Shown here: piece by piece, positions 1 through 11,648 of the stretch
Numbering within the stretch: the first letter of the stretch is position 1
Layout of the letters: every line of letters begins with the position of its first letter
Origin: Candidatus Dormiibacterota bacterium
GTDB taxonomy: Bacteria; Chloroflexota; Dormibacteria; Aeolococcales; Aeolococcaceae
DNA: 64,000 nt
Direction of reading: 5' to 3'
Assembly (NCBI GenBank): GCA_963833055.1
Contig: CAWHWM010000004.1
Span: 324,006-388,005 of the forward strand
The notes under the pieces: generated by a model
Told to the model about the DNA's origin: nothing
The model's input: the letters and a program-made list of their open reading frames with translations, nothing else
Database searches by the model: none
Program-made: the position numbers and the translations under genes

Positions 1-297
1 TTCGGTGCGTGCACTCGAGATGCGGGCATCGAGATCCATGTCGCCGCTCCCCGCGGCCGCGCCGCCGATGAGGATGCCCACCTCCTCGAGCACCTCGCGC
101 ACTCCGGCAACGGTGTATGCGGCGTCTCCATCGCCGTCGCCCGCATCCACTGCGCCGCCCGGAAACACGAAGGCGCCGGCGGCGAAGCTGCTCCGTCCCG
201 GGCGCCGGAGCATGCAGACCTCAACCCCGCCCTCGACGTCGCGAAGGATGGCGACCGTGCTGGCCGGGATGGCGACGGATGCTGTGGCGCCGGTCAT
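1..297 (-). CDS. NUDIX hydrolase (3' end outside window)
   Basis: Not in ORF track; minus-strand translation MTGATASVAIPASTVAILRD...FPGGAVD...REVLEEVG contains a Nudix box; TACCAT 6 nt upstream of ATG. Confidence 0.8.
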   Translation of the reverse strand, partial: MTGATASVAIPASTVAILRDVEGGVEVCMLRRPGRSSFAAGAFVFPGGAVDAGDGDGDAAYTVAGVREVLEEVGILIGGAAAGSGDMDLDARISSARTE

Positions 298-363
298 CCA
301 CGCATGGTATGAGGGCCACCACCGAGCGCGGCGCCGGCGGTGATCGCGAAACTATGCCGTCGA

Positions 364-1150
364 ATGCCGTCTCACCTGGAAGTCGCGCTGGAGCTGGCGG
401 ACATCGCCGATGTGATCACGGTCGCGCGCTTCCGCGCGCCGGACCTTCGCGTCGATACCAAGTCCGACCACACACCCGTCACCGACGCGGATCGTGCGAC
501 CGAGGAGGCGCTGCGCGATGCCCTGCAACGCCTGCGCCCCGAGCAGGCGATCGTCGGTGAGGAATTCGGTGGCGATGCTTCGGCCGAGTGGCGATGGATC
601 CTCGATCCGATCGATGGCACCATCAATTACGCGAACGGTGTCCCGGTCTGGGCGACGCTGATCGCGCTCATGCGCGGCGACCGTGCGGTGTGCGGCGTGG
701 TCTCAGCGCCCGCGCTGCGGCGTCGCTGGTGGGCCGCGACTGGCCAGGGGGCGTTCAAGGACTCGGGTGGGCGGATCCGGGTCTCCCGGACGCCCAGGCT
801 CGAGGATGCGTACGTGTCCTGCACCGATGTGCGCGACTTCGCCATTCGTCGCGGTGCAGCCGGATTCGGCGCCCTCCTCGATCGCGTCCGCGTGATGCGT
901 GCGTTCGGCGATTTCTGGTCGCACATGCTCGTCGCCGAGGGCGTGATCGACGTGGCGATCGAGGCCTGGGTCAACCCATGGGACGTCGCCGCCGCCCAGG
1001 TCATCCTGACCGAGGCGGGCGGGCGATTCAGCGACTTCGACGGCGCCGATCGCATCGAACTCGGGAACCGTGATCACCACCAACGGCCTGCTCCACGACG
1101 ACGTGGTGGCCCTCATGGCAGAACCGGAACCAGGCGCTACACGAGACTGA
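364..1150 (+). CDS. Inositol monophosphatase family / histidinol-phosphatase HisN-like (frameshift near 1058)
   Basis: GEE, WILDPIDGT and PWDVAA motifs; C-terminus SGTVITTNGLLHDDVV continues in a shifted frame to TGA 1150. Confidence 0.8.
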
Positions 1151-1164
1151 GTTTCATGTAGACT
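1142..1164 (+). promoter_or_regulatory. Candidate Fur/Zur-type 7-1-7 operator next to a TAGACT -10
   Basis: CGAGACT-G-AGTTTCA (1142-1156), TAGACT (1159-1164), ATG 1173 of metal ABC operon. Confidence 0.35.
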
Positions 1165-1172
1165 TCGGTCTC

Positions 1173-2090
1173 ATGAAGCGGCCTGGTGTGCGAGCGGCAC
1201 TTGGACTGGTGACGGTCGGGCTTGTGAGCGGCTGTGGCTCGGCGACGTTCATCGTTCGGGCGGGCACGATCGCCGTCGTGGCCGCAGAGAACCAGTACGG
1301 AAACGTCGCTGCCCAGGTCGGCGGACAGTACGTCTCGGTCACCTCGGTGGAGAGCAACCCCAACACCGACCCGCACTCGTATGAGGTGAGCCCCGACGTC
1401 GCCCAGGAGATCGGCGGTGCGCAGGTCGTGATCCAGAACGGCATCGGCTACGACGACTTCATGACCAAGATCGAGTCGGCGTCACCGAACGCGGCGCGGC
1501 GCGTCGTCGTCGCCCAGGCGCTCCTCGGTCTTCCCGACAGCACACCAAACCCGCATCTCTGGTACGACCCGGCGACGATGCCGAAGGTGGCCGGCGCGCT
1601 CGCCGCCGACTACGCCGCGCTGCAACCGGCGCACGCCGCGTACTTCCACGCCAACGCGGCCACGTTCATCGCATCGCTGGATCCGTGGCTGCAGGCGATT
1701 GCTGCGTTCAAGGCGCAGTACAGCGGGACACCGGTGGCGACCACGGAACCGGTTGCGGATTACATGCTCACCGCGGCTGGGGCTGACAACCTCACGCCCT
1801 TTCGCCTCCAGGCGGACATCATGAACGGCGTCGACCCATCCCCCCAGGACCTGTCGCTCCAGACTTCGCTGTTCTCACAGCACACGGTCAAGGTATTCGT
1901 CTACAACGAGCAGGTGACCGACACGCTGACGGAGAGCTTCATCACGGCTGCGCAGGCGGCGCACATCCCGGTGATCGGCGTCTACGAGACCATGCCGACC
2001 CCCGGCTTCACGTACCAGTCGTGGATGCTTGCCGAGGTCAACGCGCTGAACGATGCCGTCGCGCATGGCGTCTCGACGCAACACCTGTGA
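1173..2090 (+). CDS. Zn/Mn ABC transporter substrate-binding lipoprotein
   Basis: Lipobox LVSGC; DPHSYE and NPHLWYDP motifs of the ZnuA/PsaA family. Confidence 0.9.
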   Translation: MKRPGVRAALGLVTVGLVSGCGSATFIVRAGTIAVVAAENQYGNVAAQVGGQYVSVTSVESNPNTDPHSYEVSPDVAQEIGGAQVVIQNGIGYDDFMTKIESASPNAARRVVVAQALLGLPDSTPNPHLWYDPATMPKVAGALAADYAALQPAHAAYFHANAATFIASLDPWLQAIAAFKAQYSGTPVATTEPVADYMLTAAGADNLTPFRLQADIMNGVDPSPQDLSLQTSLFSQHTVKVFVYNEQVTDTLTESFITAAQAAHIPVIGVYETMPTPGFTYQSWMLAEVNALNDAVAHGVSTQHL

Positions 2091-2923
2091 CGGTGGAGGC
2101 GCCCAGCGCAGCCGGACCGGCTGAGATTCTCGATGTCGACGGCGTCAGCGTGACGCTGTCGGGGCGCGAGATCCTCCACGACGTCACGTTCCACATCGAC
2201 GCCGGAGAGTTCACCGGGCTCATCGGTTCCAACGGCGCCGGCAAGACAACGCTGCTGCGCGTCATCCTCGGTCTGATCACGCCGACGTCAGGCACTGTCC
2301 GAGTCGAGAGCGGCTCGCGGCGTCAGCCACGCATCGGGTACGTGCCGCAGCGAATCACGCTGGACCCGGACATGCCGTTGCGAGCCCGCGATCTTGTGGG
2401 CCTCGGGATCGACGGGCAGCGGTTCGGGATCCCATGGCCGTCCGCGGCGCGACGCCGGTTGATCGACGAGATGCTCGACTCCGTCGACGCGATGCGCTTT
2501 GCGGAGTCGCGCGTCGGCAACCTTTCCGGCGGTGAGCAGCAACGCATCCTCATCGCCCATGCGCTCATCAGCCACCCACGGTTGCTGCTGCTCGACGAGC
2601 CGCTTGCCAATCTCGACATCGGCAGCGAGCAGGAGGTCGTCGAGCTCCTGTCGCGAATCGCGCGTCAGCAGAAGATCGCGGTGCTCATCTCCACGCACGA
2701 CATGAACCCGCTGCTGCCGGTGATGGACCGGATCGTCTATGTCGCCGCAGGTCGGATCGCCACCGGCACGATCGACGAGGTTGTTTCGAGCGAATCGCTG
2801 ACCAAGCTCTACGGTCACCACGTCGATGTCATTCACGTGCACGACCGCGTGCTCGTCGTTGCGGGGCGCAGCGACGCGGCGCTGCACCACGGTGGCACCG
2901 AGTCGATCGTCGAGCTCGTGTGA
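2087..2923 (+). CDS. Metal ABC transporter ATP-binding protein
   Basis: GSNGAGKT, LSGGEQQR, LLLLDEP; GTGA overlap with upstream stop. Confidence 0.9.
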   Translation: MTVEAPSAAGPAEILDVDGVSVTLSGREILHDVTFHIDAGEFTGLIGSNGAGKTTLLRVILGLITPTSGTVRVESGSRRQPRIGYVPQRITLDPDMPLRARDLVGLGIDGQRFGIPWPSAARRRLIDEMLDSVDAMRFAESRVGNLSGGEQQRILIAHALISHPRLLLLDEPLANLDIGSEQEVVELLSRIARQQKIAVLISTHDMNPLLPVMDRIVYVAAGRIATGTIDEVVSSESLTKLYGHHVDVIHVHDRVLVVAGRSDAALHHGGTESIVELV

Positions 2924-3825
2924 CGATGCTCGGGTTTCTCTCGCCACTGATCGAGCCGGGGTTCTTCTCGAACGCGCCCGTGCAGACGGCGCTGATCGTG
3001 GGCGGCATTGTTGCGGTTGTCTCCGGGATCGTCGGCACGTTCACCGTGATGCGCGGACAGTCCTTTGCGGGTCATTCGCTTGCGGATATCGGGACCGCCG
3101 GAGGCTCGGCGGCGTTCCTGATCGGCATCAGCCCGCTCTTCGGCTTCGTCGCCATGAATCTTCTGGCAGCGGGGGTGATGGAATGGATCGGCATCCGCCG
3201 GCCTCGCGGCCGCGATCTCGCCACCGGCATCGTGCTCGGCGCTGCGCTCGGGCTTGCGGCACTGTTCCTCTATTTCGACACCACCGCATCGAGCACAACG
3301 GGAGCCACCATCAACGTGCTCTTCGGCTCGATCTTCACGCTGCCGTCGTCGCTGGTGCCGGTGATCGCGATCTTCAGCGTGGTGGCCGCGGGCATCGTGC
3401 TCGCGATGTACCGTCCGTTGCTCCTCAGTTCGATCAGCTCCGACCTCGCCACCGCGCACGGCGTGCGCGTCCGGCTTGTCGGCATCGGGTATCTCATCGC
3501 GCTTGCTGTGGCCGTGTCGCTCTCCGCGGTGACCATCGGCGCGATCCTCTCCACGGCGCTGCTCATCGGGCCCGCTGCCACGGCACTGCGCATCACCAAT
3601 CGAACGGGGCGGGCAGCGGCGATCGCAGCCGCCATCGGCGTCGCGGCCACCTGGGTCGGGGTGCTGCTTGCGTATGACAGCTACTACTGGTTCCCATCGC
3701 GCGGCGGCTGGCCGGTGAGCTTCTTCGTGGTGACGCTCGTCTTCCTCGCGTACCTGCTGTCGCAGATTCGCTTGACGCGCGCCTCCCGCGTGCACCGCGC
3801 CGGCGTCGCCGCGGAGGCCGGCTGA
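2920..3825 (+). CDS. Metal ABC transporter permease (ABC-3)
   Basis: Hydrophobic, RGQSFAGHSL, LFGSI motifs; coupled to ATPase. Confidence 0.9.
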   Translation: MTMLGFLSPLIEPGFFSNAPVQTALIVGGIVAVVSGIVGTFTVMRGQSFAGHSLADIGTAGGSAAFLIGISPLFGFVAMNLLAAGVMEWIGIRRPRGRDLATGIVLGAALGLAALFLYFDTTASSTTGATINVLFGSIFTLPSSLVPVIAIFSVVAAGIVLAMYRPLLLSSISSDLATAHGVRVRLVGIGYLIALAVAVSLSAVTIGAILSTALLIGPAATALRITNRTGRAAAIAAAIGVAATWVGVLLAYDSYYWFPSRGGWPVSFFVVTLVFLAYLLSQIRLTRASRVHRAGVAAEAG

Positions 3826-4667
3826 TGTTCTCGGGGCTCATGCTCAATGCCTGGGAATCGGCGTCGATCGTGGCCGTCGTGGCGGGCGTCGTCGGGTTCT
3901 TCATCGTGCTGCGTGGATCCGCATTCGCGGCGCATGCGCTGCCGAATGGCGCCTTCGCCGGAGCGGCAGGGGCGAGCCTGATCGGCGTGGACGCGATCGC
4001 CGGCCTCGCCGTGTTCTCCGTGCTCGGCGCGCTCACCATCGCCGCGCTGGGACGGCGTGCGCGCCATGACGTCGCAACCGCGCTGGTCATCGTCGTGATG
4101 CTTGGCCTCGGTTCGCTGTTTCTCTCGATGACGACGGAGTACGCGCCGGAGATCTACTCGCTGCTCTTCGGCGAGGTCCTCGGCGTGAGCAGCAGCGAGC
4201 TGCTGCCCATCGCGCTGATCGGACTCGTCTGCATCGCAGCGATCTTCGTCGTGTACCGGCCGCTCATGTTCTCGTCGGTCATGCCCGACGTGGCCGCGGC
4301 TCGTGGTGTTCGCAGCGGCGTCATGGAGGTCGCATTCCTGCTCGTCGTCGCGCTGACCACCACGATGGCGGTTCCCGTCGTCGGCGCGCTGCTCATCTTC
4401 AGCCTCCTCATCAGCCCGGCAGCGGCGGCGCGCTCATTCACCAACAAGCCGCTGACCGCCATGACCCTGTCGGTGGTCATCGCGCTGGGCACGGTATGGG
4501 CCGCGATCGCGCTCTCGTTTCTGTCCAACCTGCCGATCGGCTTCTTCGTCGGCTCGATCGGCGCCGGGACGTACGCGGCGGGGAGGGGATGGGTGGCCTG
4601 GCGGCGGACCCGCGACGCATCGCCGCGACCCTCGGCCCAGGCCCTGCCGAGCGGTGCGTCGGGCTAA
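3825..4667 (+). CDS. Metal ABC transporter permease (ABC-3), second paralog
   Basis: RGSAFAAHAL, LLFGEVLG; TGATG overlap. Confidence 0.9.
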   Translation: MFSGLMLNAWESASIVAVVAGVVGFFIVLRGSAFAAHALPNGAFAGAAGASLIGVDAIAGLAVFSVLGALTIAALGRRARHDVATALVIVVMLGLGSLFLSMTTEYAPEIYSLLFGEVLGVSSSELLPIALIGLVCIAAIFVVYRPLMFSSVMPDVAAARGVRSGVMEVAFLLVVALTTTMAVPVVGALLIFSLLISPAAAARSFTNKPLTAMTLSVVIALGTVWAAIALSFLSNLPIGFFVGSIGAGTYAAGRGWVAWRRTRDASPRPSAQALPSGASG

Positions 4668-5958
4668 GATCGGAGCCGTGCCTCTGGTCCCCCGCGGCGA
4701 GCGCTCCAGGCCCATCGGGCTGATCGGCGTGCTCGTCCTCTCGGCCCTGGGAGCTGCCTGCGCGACGGTCGCGGCGGCCGGCCCCGTGCCGTTCCGGGTG
4801 GGGGCGATCTTCCCGCTCTCCGGGGCCACCGCGCCCGATTCGACGGACGAGTACCTGGGCGCCACGCTCGCCGCGCAGATGGCGAACGCCCAGGGCGGCG
4901 TCAACGGGCACCCGATCTCACTCGACCTCCGCGACGTCGAGGATCAGGCGCAGATTCCCGCCGCGGTGTCGAGCCTGAAGGCGGATGGAGTTCCTGCCGT
5001 TATTGGCGCGTACTCGTCGCAGCTCTCGATTCCGGCGGCGGCGGCGGTGTCGGCGGCCGGGATGGTGTACTGGGAGACGGGCGCCGTGGCCGATCGGGTC
5101 ACCGGACAGGGCTCTCCGCTCATCTTCCGCGTCGGCGTGAACGGTGCCGAGCTGGGAGCCAACGCGGGGAAGTTCATGATCGACGAGCTCGTGCCGCGCA
5201 TGGGGATCCCCGTCAGCAAGATTCGCGTCTACTTCGTCACAGCCGATGATGACTACGGCACGTCTGTGGCGAACGCGACGCGCACGGCGCTCGAAGCCGG
5301 TGGGATGACCATCAGCGGCAAGTCGCTGTACAACCCGTACACGCCGAACTGGGCGCCGGTGATGCATGCGCTCGCAGTCGAGAAGCCGGACATCCTCGTG
5401 CTCTCGTCACACATCCAGGACGGCATCGCATTCCGGCGCGCGTTCCTTGCCGCAGGGCTCCAGGTCAAGGTCTTCATGGGCACCACCATGGCGCAGTGCG
5501 ACCAGGACTTCGGCAACGTGCTGGGTGCGGGCGCCGTCGGCGTGTTCGCCTCGGATCGCCCGCAGGGAGACTTCAACCCCGGCGCGCTCGACCCCCAGGC
5601 CCGCTCGCTGTACAACCGCTTCGCGGCCCTCTGGAAGCAGCGCACCGGTCAGTCCTCTCCGGACGAGGAGGGGATCGCCGGTTTCAGCGCCGCATGGGTG
5701 CTCTTCGCCGACGTGCTCGGCAAGACCGGCAATGACAGCGCCCAGGGCATCGCCGCGACGGCACGCGCGCTCGACCTCCCGAGCGGCAGCCTCCCGAACG
5801 GCGGCGGCGTGCTCTTCTCGACGGCAGCGGGCCAGCTCGGCCAGAACATCAGGGCCGCTGCAGTGGTGTGGCAGTGGCAGGCGCCGCGTGTCAGCGTGGT
5901 GGTCTGGCCGCCGGTGTACGCGACCGGTCAGGTGAAGCTCTCGCTGCCCGAAGGATGA
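4654..5958 (+). CDS. Branched-chain amino acid-type ABC substrate-binding protein
   Basis: [23 protein letters not shown] motifs of LivJ/K-like periplasmic binding proteins; start uncertain. Confidence 0.8.
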   Translation: MRRAKIGAVPLVPRGERSRPIGLIGVLVLSALGAACATVAAAGPVPFRVGAIFPLSGATAPDSTDEYLGATLAAQMANAQGGVNGHPISLDLRDVEDQAQIPAAVSSLKADGVPAVIGAYSSQLSIPAAAAVSAAGMVYWETGAVADRVTGQGSPLIFRVGVNGAELGANAGKFMIDELVPRMGIPVSKIRVYFVTADDDYGTSVANATRTALEAGGMTISGKSLYNPYTPNWAPVMHALAVEKPDILVLSSHIQDGIAFRRAFLAAGLQVKVFMGTTMAQCDQDFGNVLGAGAVGVFASDRPQGDFNPGALDPQARSLYNRFAALWKQRTGQSSPDEEGIAGFSAAWVLFADVLGKTGNDSAQGIAATARALDLPSGSLPNGGGVLFSTAAGQLGQNIRAAAVVWQWQAPRVSVVVWPPVYATGQVKLSLPEG

Positions 5959-5992
5959 TTGGCTGAGGACCGTTCGAGGCATACTCGAGACC

Positions 5993-6472
5993 ATGGAAAC
6001 AGCGACATTCGGCGCAGGGTGCTTCTGGGGCGTGGAATCGGTATTCGAACAGGTCGACGGGGTCGTCGCGACCAAGGTCGGCTACACGGGTGGCTTCACC
6101 GATGCGCCCTCGTACGAGGACGTGTGCTCGCATCGCACCGGACATGCGGAGGCGGTCGAGGTCACCTTTGATCCGGCGCGTGTCAGCTACGACACGTTGC
6201 TCGACATCTTCTGGATGAACCACGATCCGACGCAGGTCAACCGTCAGGGACCGGACGTCGGTGACAACTACCGGACGGTGATCTTCTATCACTCGCCCGA
6301 GCAGGAAGCTGCCGCAATCGCGTCGAAGAAGCGGCTGGAAAAGTCGGGCCGCTACAAGCGCCCGATCGCGACCGAGATCGTTCCCGCAGGAAAGTTCTGG
6401 GACGCCGAGGAGTACCACCAGAAGTACTTCTCGCGGCGCGGGATCGCGTCGACCTGCAACATCCCGGCGTAA
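5993..6472 (+). CDS. msrA: Peptide-methionine (S)-S-oxide reductase
   Basis: [21 protein letters not shown]. Confidence 0.97.
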   Translation: METATFGAGCFWGVESVFEQVDGVVATKVGYTGGFTDAPSYEDVCSHRTGHAEAVEVTFDPARVSYDTLLDIFWMNHDPTQVNRQGPDVGDNYRTVIFYHSPEQEAAAIASKKRLEKSGRYKRPIATEIVPAGKFWDAEEYHQKYFSRRGIASTCNIPA

Positions 6473-6543
6473 CGCGCGTCTGCTTGCGGAGCGGGTCTGC
6501 TCGACGCCCGGGGCGTCCGTGACATCGATGTAAGGTGGTCGCG

Positions 6544-7377
6544 GTGGACCCACGAACAATCGTCATCACGGGCGCAAGCGACGGTATCGGCGCAGCGGCT
6601 GCTCGTGACCTGGCGGGGGCCGGCGAGCGCGTCGTCGTCGTGGGCAGGTCCCGATCGCGGACGGTCGCGGTCGCCGATGCGCTCAAGGCTCCGTATCACG
6701 TCGCCGACTTCGCCGATCTGGCGCAGGTCAGGCGACTTGCAGGTGAGTTGCAAGCAGCGTATCCGCGTATCGACGTTCTCGCCAACAACGCCGGCGGCAT
6801 CATGGGCAAGCGTGACGTCACCGTGGACGGTTTTGAGAAGACATTCCAGGTGAACCACCTCGCGGGGTTTCTCCTCACCAGCCTGCTGATGCCGACGCTC
6901 ATCGCCAGCTCAGCGATGGTGCTGCAGACCTCGAGCATTGCCGCCAAGAACGCGAGCAGGTTCGACATCGACGATCTGCAGAACGAGAGAGGCTATTCAC
7001 CGGAGCGGGCGTACGGCAACGCCAAGCTGGAGAACATCCTCTTCACGAAGGAATTGCACCGCCGGTATCACGAGCAGGGCATTTCGGCGGCGGCCTTTCA
7101 CCCCGGCCTGGTTGCAACCAACTTCGCGAAGAACACCACCAGCTGGTGGCATTACACGTATCACACGCCGTTGGCGCGGCTCTTCACGATCACCGCCGAG
7201 AAGGGTGCGGTGGGATTGATCTGGCTCGCTGAGGGCGTGCCGGGCACAACCTGGCAATCCGGCACCTATTACGACAAGAACAAGCCGGCACGTTCGGCAC
7301 CGCAAGCGAGTGATCCGGAGCTCGCGAAGCAACTCTGGGATCGCAGCGCAGCGCTGCTGGGCCTCACCGCCGCGTAG
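6544..7377 (+). CDS. Short-chain dehydrogenase/reductase
   Basis: TGASDGIG, NNAG, YGNAK. Confidence 0.9.
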   Translation: MDPRTIVITGASDGIGAAAARDLAGAGERVVVVGRSRSRTVAVADALKAPYHVADFADLAQVRRLAGELQAAYPRIDVLANNAGGIMGKRDVTVDGFEKTFQVNHLAGFLLTSLLMPTLIASSAMVLQTSSIAAKNASRFDIDDLQNERGYSPERAYGNAKLENILFTKELHRRYHEQGISAAAFHPGLVATNFAKNTTSWWHYTYHTPLARLFTITAEKGAVGLIWLAEGVPGTTWQSGTYYDKNKPARSAPQASDPELAKQLWDRSAALLGLTAA

Positions 7378-7397
7378 CTCGACGCTTCGTGCGGCTG

Positions 7398-7631
7398 TCA
7401 GCCCCCGACGGTCGTTGCTGGGAAGATCCCGAGGTCTGCGGCGAGCGCGCCGACGATGCCGAGTCCGACAAGGACCACCATGCTCACGGCGATGCCACGC
7501 CGGACATGCGCCGGAATACCCCACTTCCTGTATGCGCGAGCGAGTGAGCCGCGGCCCTGGTAGAGGGTGATGGCCATGTACAACACAAAGACGGCGACGA
7601 TCGCGAACGCTATGTCCTGAGGTTCTGGCAT
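7398..7631 (-). CDS. Small 2-TM membrane protein
   Basis: 77 aa, two hydrophobic helices, directly downstream of recQ. Confidence 0.55.
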   Translation of the reverse strand: MPEPQDIAFAIVAVFVLYMAITLYQGRGSLARAYRKWGIPAHVRRGIAVSMVVLVGLGIVGALAADLGIFPATTVGG

Positions 7632-7646
7632 GCGACGGTCCCAACT

Positions 7647-9693
7647 CTAGACGGATGCCGTCTGACGGATGACGGCAAGCACTGCATCGCCGTAGCGCTC
7701 GAGCTTCGCGGGTCCGACGCCCGGGATGCTCGCCAAGCGCGTCGCTCGATGCGGGCTGACGATGAGCGATCTCCGCGAGCGTGCGGTCGTGGAAGACCAC
7801 ATACGGCGGGACCTCGGTGCGGCGCGCGGTCTCGAGCCTCCACGTTCGGAGCGCTTCGAACCGCGCTGCGACGTCGGGTGACATCTCGAGTGCCGGCGTG
7901 GTGCCCCCGGAAGACTTGCGACCGGCGCTTGGGCGAGCAGCTCGTGGAGCGCGCACGTCAACGTCGATCGTCTCCTCACCGCGAAGGACCGCACCGCCCC
8001 TTGCGGTGATCCCGAGAGTCGGCTTCTCGCCGTGACCCCGGCTGAGACAGCCGAGCTCCACAAGGCGTTCGAGCAGCTCGCGGATCCGTTCCAGCTCCCA
8101 GCCGCGGAGCGCGCCGAATGACGGCACCTCTGTCACCCATGCTCGCGAAGCCGTCCACGCGTCCGTGGAGCCACGGAGGATCGAGGCGATCCGGACGCCA
8201 CCGAGATGGCCATCGAACCGCGCAACGCATGCGAGCGCAGCGTTCACATGCTCCGGATCGACCGGCGCGTACGGAGCGCGGTTCGTGTCAAGGCAGTTGT
8301 CGCACGCCATGCAGGTGCGCGCGACGCCCTGCTCGCCGAAGTAGTCCGCGATGCGCGCGTGACGGCAGCCGCGGAATCCCGCGTATTCCATGACCTGGTT
8401 GACGCGCGCATAGGCGTTGGCCTTGAGCAGTGCCTGCTCCTCGAAGTCGACAGGTGCGCCGGTCAGCCGGCGGATGCTGCCGTCGGGCTGGATGACGTCG
8501 GCGCGACGGAGCAGGTCGAGGGCCGCCCGTGCGTTGTTCACGGAGACGCCGCGGCGCTGCCAGTCATCGATCGAGTCGCTCCCTTCGCGCAGCAGCTCGC
8601 GGTACACCGCGCGCACCACGTCGCGTTCGGGATACGCCTGCTCGATGAAGAACTCCTGCAGCTGGCGGTCCGCAGGGCTGTACAGCAGGATGCATTCGGA
8701 CGGCTCGCCATCGCGTCCCGCGCGCCCGGCCTGCTGGTAATACTCCTCGAGGCTGCCGGGAAAGTCGTGGTGGATCACCCTGCGGATATCGGGGAAGTCC
8801 ACGCCCATGCCGAACGCTGACGTGGCGACGATCACCTGCAGGCGTCCCGCCGAGAAATCCTCGTGGACGCTCTGTCGCGTGTCGCCATCGACAGCGCCGT
8901 GGTAGGCGGCCACCGCGATGCCTGCGCCGGTGAGGAGGTCAGTGATCTCGTCCGTGGTGCGGCGGCTGCCGCAGTACACGAGCGCGCGTCCCCTGCCCGC
9001 CTGGACGAGGTTGAGGAGCGCATCGCGTTTGTCGGCGGATCCACGGCAGCGCAGCACCGACATCGTCAGGTTGTCGCGGACGAATCCCGTGACCCGCTCG
9101 ACGGTGGCATGCAGGCCGAGGCTCGACGCGATGTCGTCGCGAACGCGCGGCGTGGCGGTGGCGGTGAATGCACCGACGGGAGGCCGGCCGCACGCCGCGA
9201 TGGCGTCGCCGAGGCGCCGGTAGTCGGGCCGGAAGTCGTGCCCCCAGCTCGAGATGCAGTGCGCCTCGTCGACGACGAAGCGGTCCACCGACAGCCGGCC
9301 GAGCTGGTCGAGGAAGCCAGGCGCTCCGAGGCGCTCCGGGGCGAGGTAGAGGAAGCGAAGCTCACCTGCTGCGGCAGCCCGCAGCGACTCAGAGCGTGTT
9401 GCGGCACTCACCTGGCTGTGCACGCAGGCCGCCGGCACGCCGAGGTCGTTGAGGCGGGCGACCTGGTCGACCATCAGCGCGATGAGCGGCGACACCACGA
9501 TGGTGAGCCCGCCGCCCGCGATCCCCGGCACCCAGTACGCGATGCTCTTGCCGGAACCGGTCGGCGCGACGAACAGGACGTCCGCGCGCGCTTCTGATGC
9601 TGCGACGACGTCGGCCTGCCCTGGGCGGAACTCGGCGAAGCCGAAGGTCTGCTCCAGGACCTCGCGAGCCCGGACTGAGGGCTCGAGCGGCAT
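7647..9693 (-). CDS. recQ: RecQ family DNA helicase with Zn/RQC and HRDC domains (frameshift near 7735)
   Basis: PTGSGKS, DEAHCISSWGHDFRPDY, QQAGRAGRDG, CMACDNC, VPPYVVFHDRTL; the track's 6997..9954 ORF over-extends at both ends. Confidence 0.92.
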
Positions 9694-10094
9694 CAGCCCG
9701 CTGACTTCTCCAGCTTCAGCGCGCAGGAGTTCATGCAGTACCGCTGGCCGGTCGGCTGCGGTCCGTCCGGGAAGACGTGGCCGAGGTGACCGCCGCAGCT
9801 GGCGCACCGCACCTCCGTCCGCGGGATCCCCATGCTCCAGTCGCGGTGCTCCACGACGGCGGCATTGTTGGCCGGCGCATAGAAGCTCGGCCAGCCGGTG
9901 CCGGAGTCGAACTTCGTGTCCGAGGTGAACAGCTCGGCGCCACAGCCGGCGCACGTGTACACGCCCTTGTCGTTCACATGCACGTACTGACCGGTGAACG
10001 GACGCTCGGTGCTCGACTTGCGAAGCACCTTGTACTGCTCAGGCGTCAGGCGCTGACGCCACTCTTCGTCGGTGAGGGTGACTTTGGTGTCCAT
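9693..10094 (-). CDS. msrB: Peptide-methionine (R)-S-oxide reductase
   Basis: [27 protein letters not shown]. Confidence 0.97.
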   Translation of the reverse strand: MDTKVTLTDEEWRQRLTPEQYKVLRKSSTERPFTGQYVHVNDKGVYTCAGCGAELFTSDTKFDSGTGWPSFYAPANNAAVVEHRDWSMGIPRTEVRCASCGGHLGHVFPDGPQPTGQRYCMNSCALKLEKSAG

Positions 10095-10099
10095 GCTCT

Positions 10100-11098
10100 T
10101 CAGGTTTTACCCCGTTTGCCTGGACTCGACGCATACAGTGCCGCCGCGGCCGCGTGCGTCTCCCCGATGTGCTTGCGCAGGGACGGGGGAGCCAGCACCT
10201 CGACGTTGGCGCCCCAGCGCATGAGCCACGGACGCATCTCCACCTCACCGGCGACGTCGAGCCGCACCTCGACCCCTCCGTCCGGGAGATTGGTGCGCTG
10301 CGCGTGCGCCGGCCATGGGCTTTCGTCGACCCACTGACGCGCTTCCGGGGTGAAGCGCAGCACCACGCGATCGTCGCCCGGGCCCTGCCAGATCGCCCAC
10401 GCGGCGCCGAGCACGGTGTCGATATCGAAGTCGGCGGGCACGGTGAACGTGGCCGGCAGGAGTCGCGCCGACCGGATCCGGTCGAGGCGGAACGACCGGA
10501 CCTCCTCCGAGACGGAATCACGGGCGAAGACATAGATGTGCCGGCCCTCGGCAGTGGGCTGGATGAAATAGGGACGGAGGTCGCGGCGCGTCTCGTTGCC
10601 TTTGGCATCGACGTAGCGGACCTCGATCTCGCGATGGGTGACGAAGCCGTCGATGACCGTCCGCTCGACCTTGAGCCGCTCGGGATCGGCAGGGCGCCGT
10701 TCGGCCGCGATGAGCGTCCGCCGCAGGTATTCGCTGACGACCGGGACACTGAGCGCCCGGGAGAGATGCGCGAGCGCCCCGACCAGCGCCGGATCCTGCT
10801 CGGTGCGCACCTGCTGGAGGAGGCGGAGCGCGACCAGAAGCAGCGTCGCCTGGTAGTGGTCGAGCTGCAATGGGGGCAGGAGGCTGCCCTTGCCGATGCG
10901 CCACCTCCCGGCGGTCTCCTCGACGTCGATGCCCGCGTTGTCGCGCAGCGTGGCGACATAGCGCTGCACGGTGCGCGGGTTCACCTCGAGCTCCTCGGCA
11001 AGCTGGCGGGTGGTCAGGCCGACCTCCGTCTCACAGAGCCGTGTGAAGAGCTTGATGACGCGGAGCTCTTTCTCTCCCTTCTCGTAGACGCCTGGCAC
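10100..11098 (-). CDS. HTH-WYL-WCX transcriptional regulator (PafC/YafY-like)
   Basis: N-terminal w[18 protein letters not shown]; WYL core PY...YVFA...RSFRLDRI; C-terminal W..WG..VEVLAP. Confidence 0.92.
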   Translation of the reverse strand: MPGVYEKGEKELRVIKLFTRLCETEVGLTTRQLAEELEVNPRTVQRYVATLRDNAGIDVEETAGRWRIGKGSLLPPLQLDHYQATLLLVALRLLQQVRTEQDPALVGALAHLSRALSVPVVSEYLRRTLIAAERRPADPERLKVERTVIDGFVTHREIEVRYVDAKGNETRRDLRPYFIQPTAEGRHIYVFARDSVSEEVRSFRLDRIRSARLLPATFTVPADFDIDTVLGAAWAIWQGPGDDRVVLRFTPEARQWVDESPWPAHAQRTNLPDGGVEVRLDVAGEVEMRPWLMRWGANVEVLAPPSLRKHIGETHAAAAALYASSPGKRGKT

Positions 11099-11107
11099 GC
11101 GACGAGC

Positions 11108-11635
11108 CTAGCGGGTCGCGGGCGTCTCAGTGGCGATGCGCAGCTCGAAGCCGAGCAGCACCGATCCGTCAGGCATCGGCCGTTCCGCGGTGGGGGTGAA
11201 TCCCATCGATGCGTAGAGGTTCTGCGCCGCGGTCATCACCGGCGCGGTGTCGAGCGTCAGCCGCTGTTTGCCGGCAGCCCGAGCCGTGGCGATGCATGCG
11301 CTCACCAGCCGGCGGGCGATCCCACGTCCGCGGTAACCGGTGCTCACGCCGAGCATGCGGATGTGCGCCTCGTCCGGCGCCAGCGGTCCCGTGCTGCTCG
11401 GGCGGATCCGCTCGGTGAGCTCCAGGGTGGCGGAGCCGGCGATCACGCCGTCCACGACAGCCACGAGCACGGTCGCGATCCGGGCACGCTCGGCGATGTC
11501 AGCGATCCTCGCCACGTAGGCCGCGTACCCGGGCCACTCCGGCCGCTGGAACTCGCGATATGCCTGCGCCGTTGCCTCCCCGGCTGCCGCGAACTCAGAC
11601 TCGCGCACGGGGTGGACGTCGATGTCCTCAGCCAC
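11108..11635 (-). CDS. GNAT family N-acetyltransferase
   Basis: LGVSTGYRGRGIA motif A; AQNLYASMGF. Confidence 0.9.
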   Translation of the reverse strand: MAEDIDVHPVRESEFAAAGEATAQAYREFQRPEWPGYAAYVARIADIAERARIATVLVAVVDGVIAGSATLELTERIRPSSTGPLAPDEAHIRMLGVSTGYRGRGIARRLVSACIATARAAGKQRLTLDTAPVMTAAQNLYASMGFTPTAERPMPDGSVLLGFELRIATETPATR

Positions 11636-11648
11636 GCGCAAACCCTAC

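Noticed and set aside
6997-9954. 985-aa extended RecQ
   Set aside because: The N-terminal part overlaps msrB and the C-terminal part is frameshift read-through across the SDR gene
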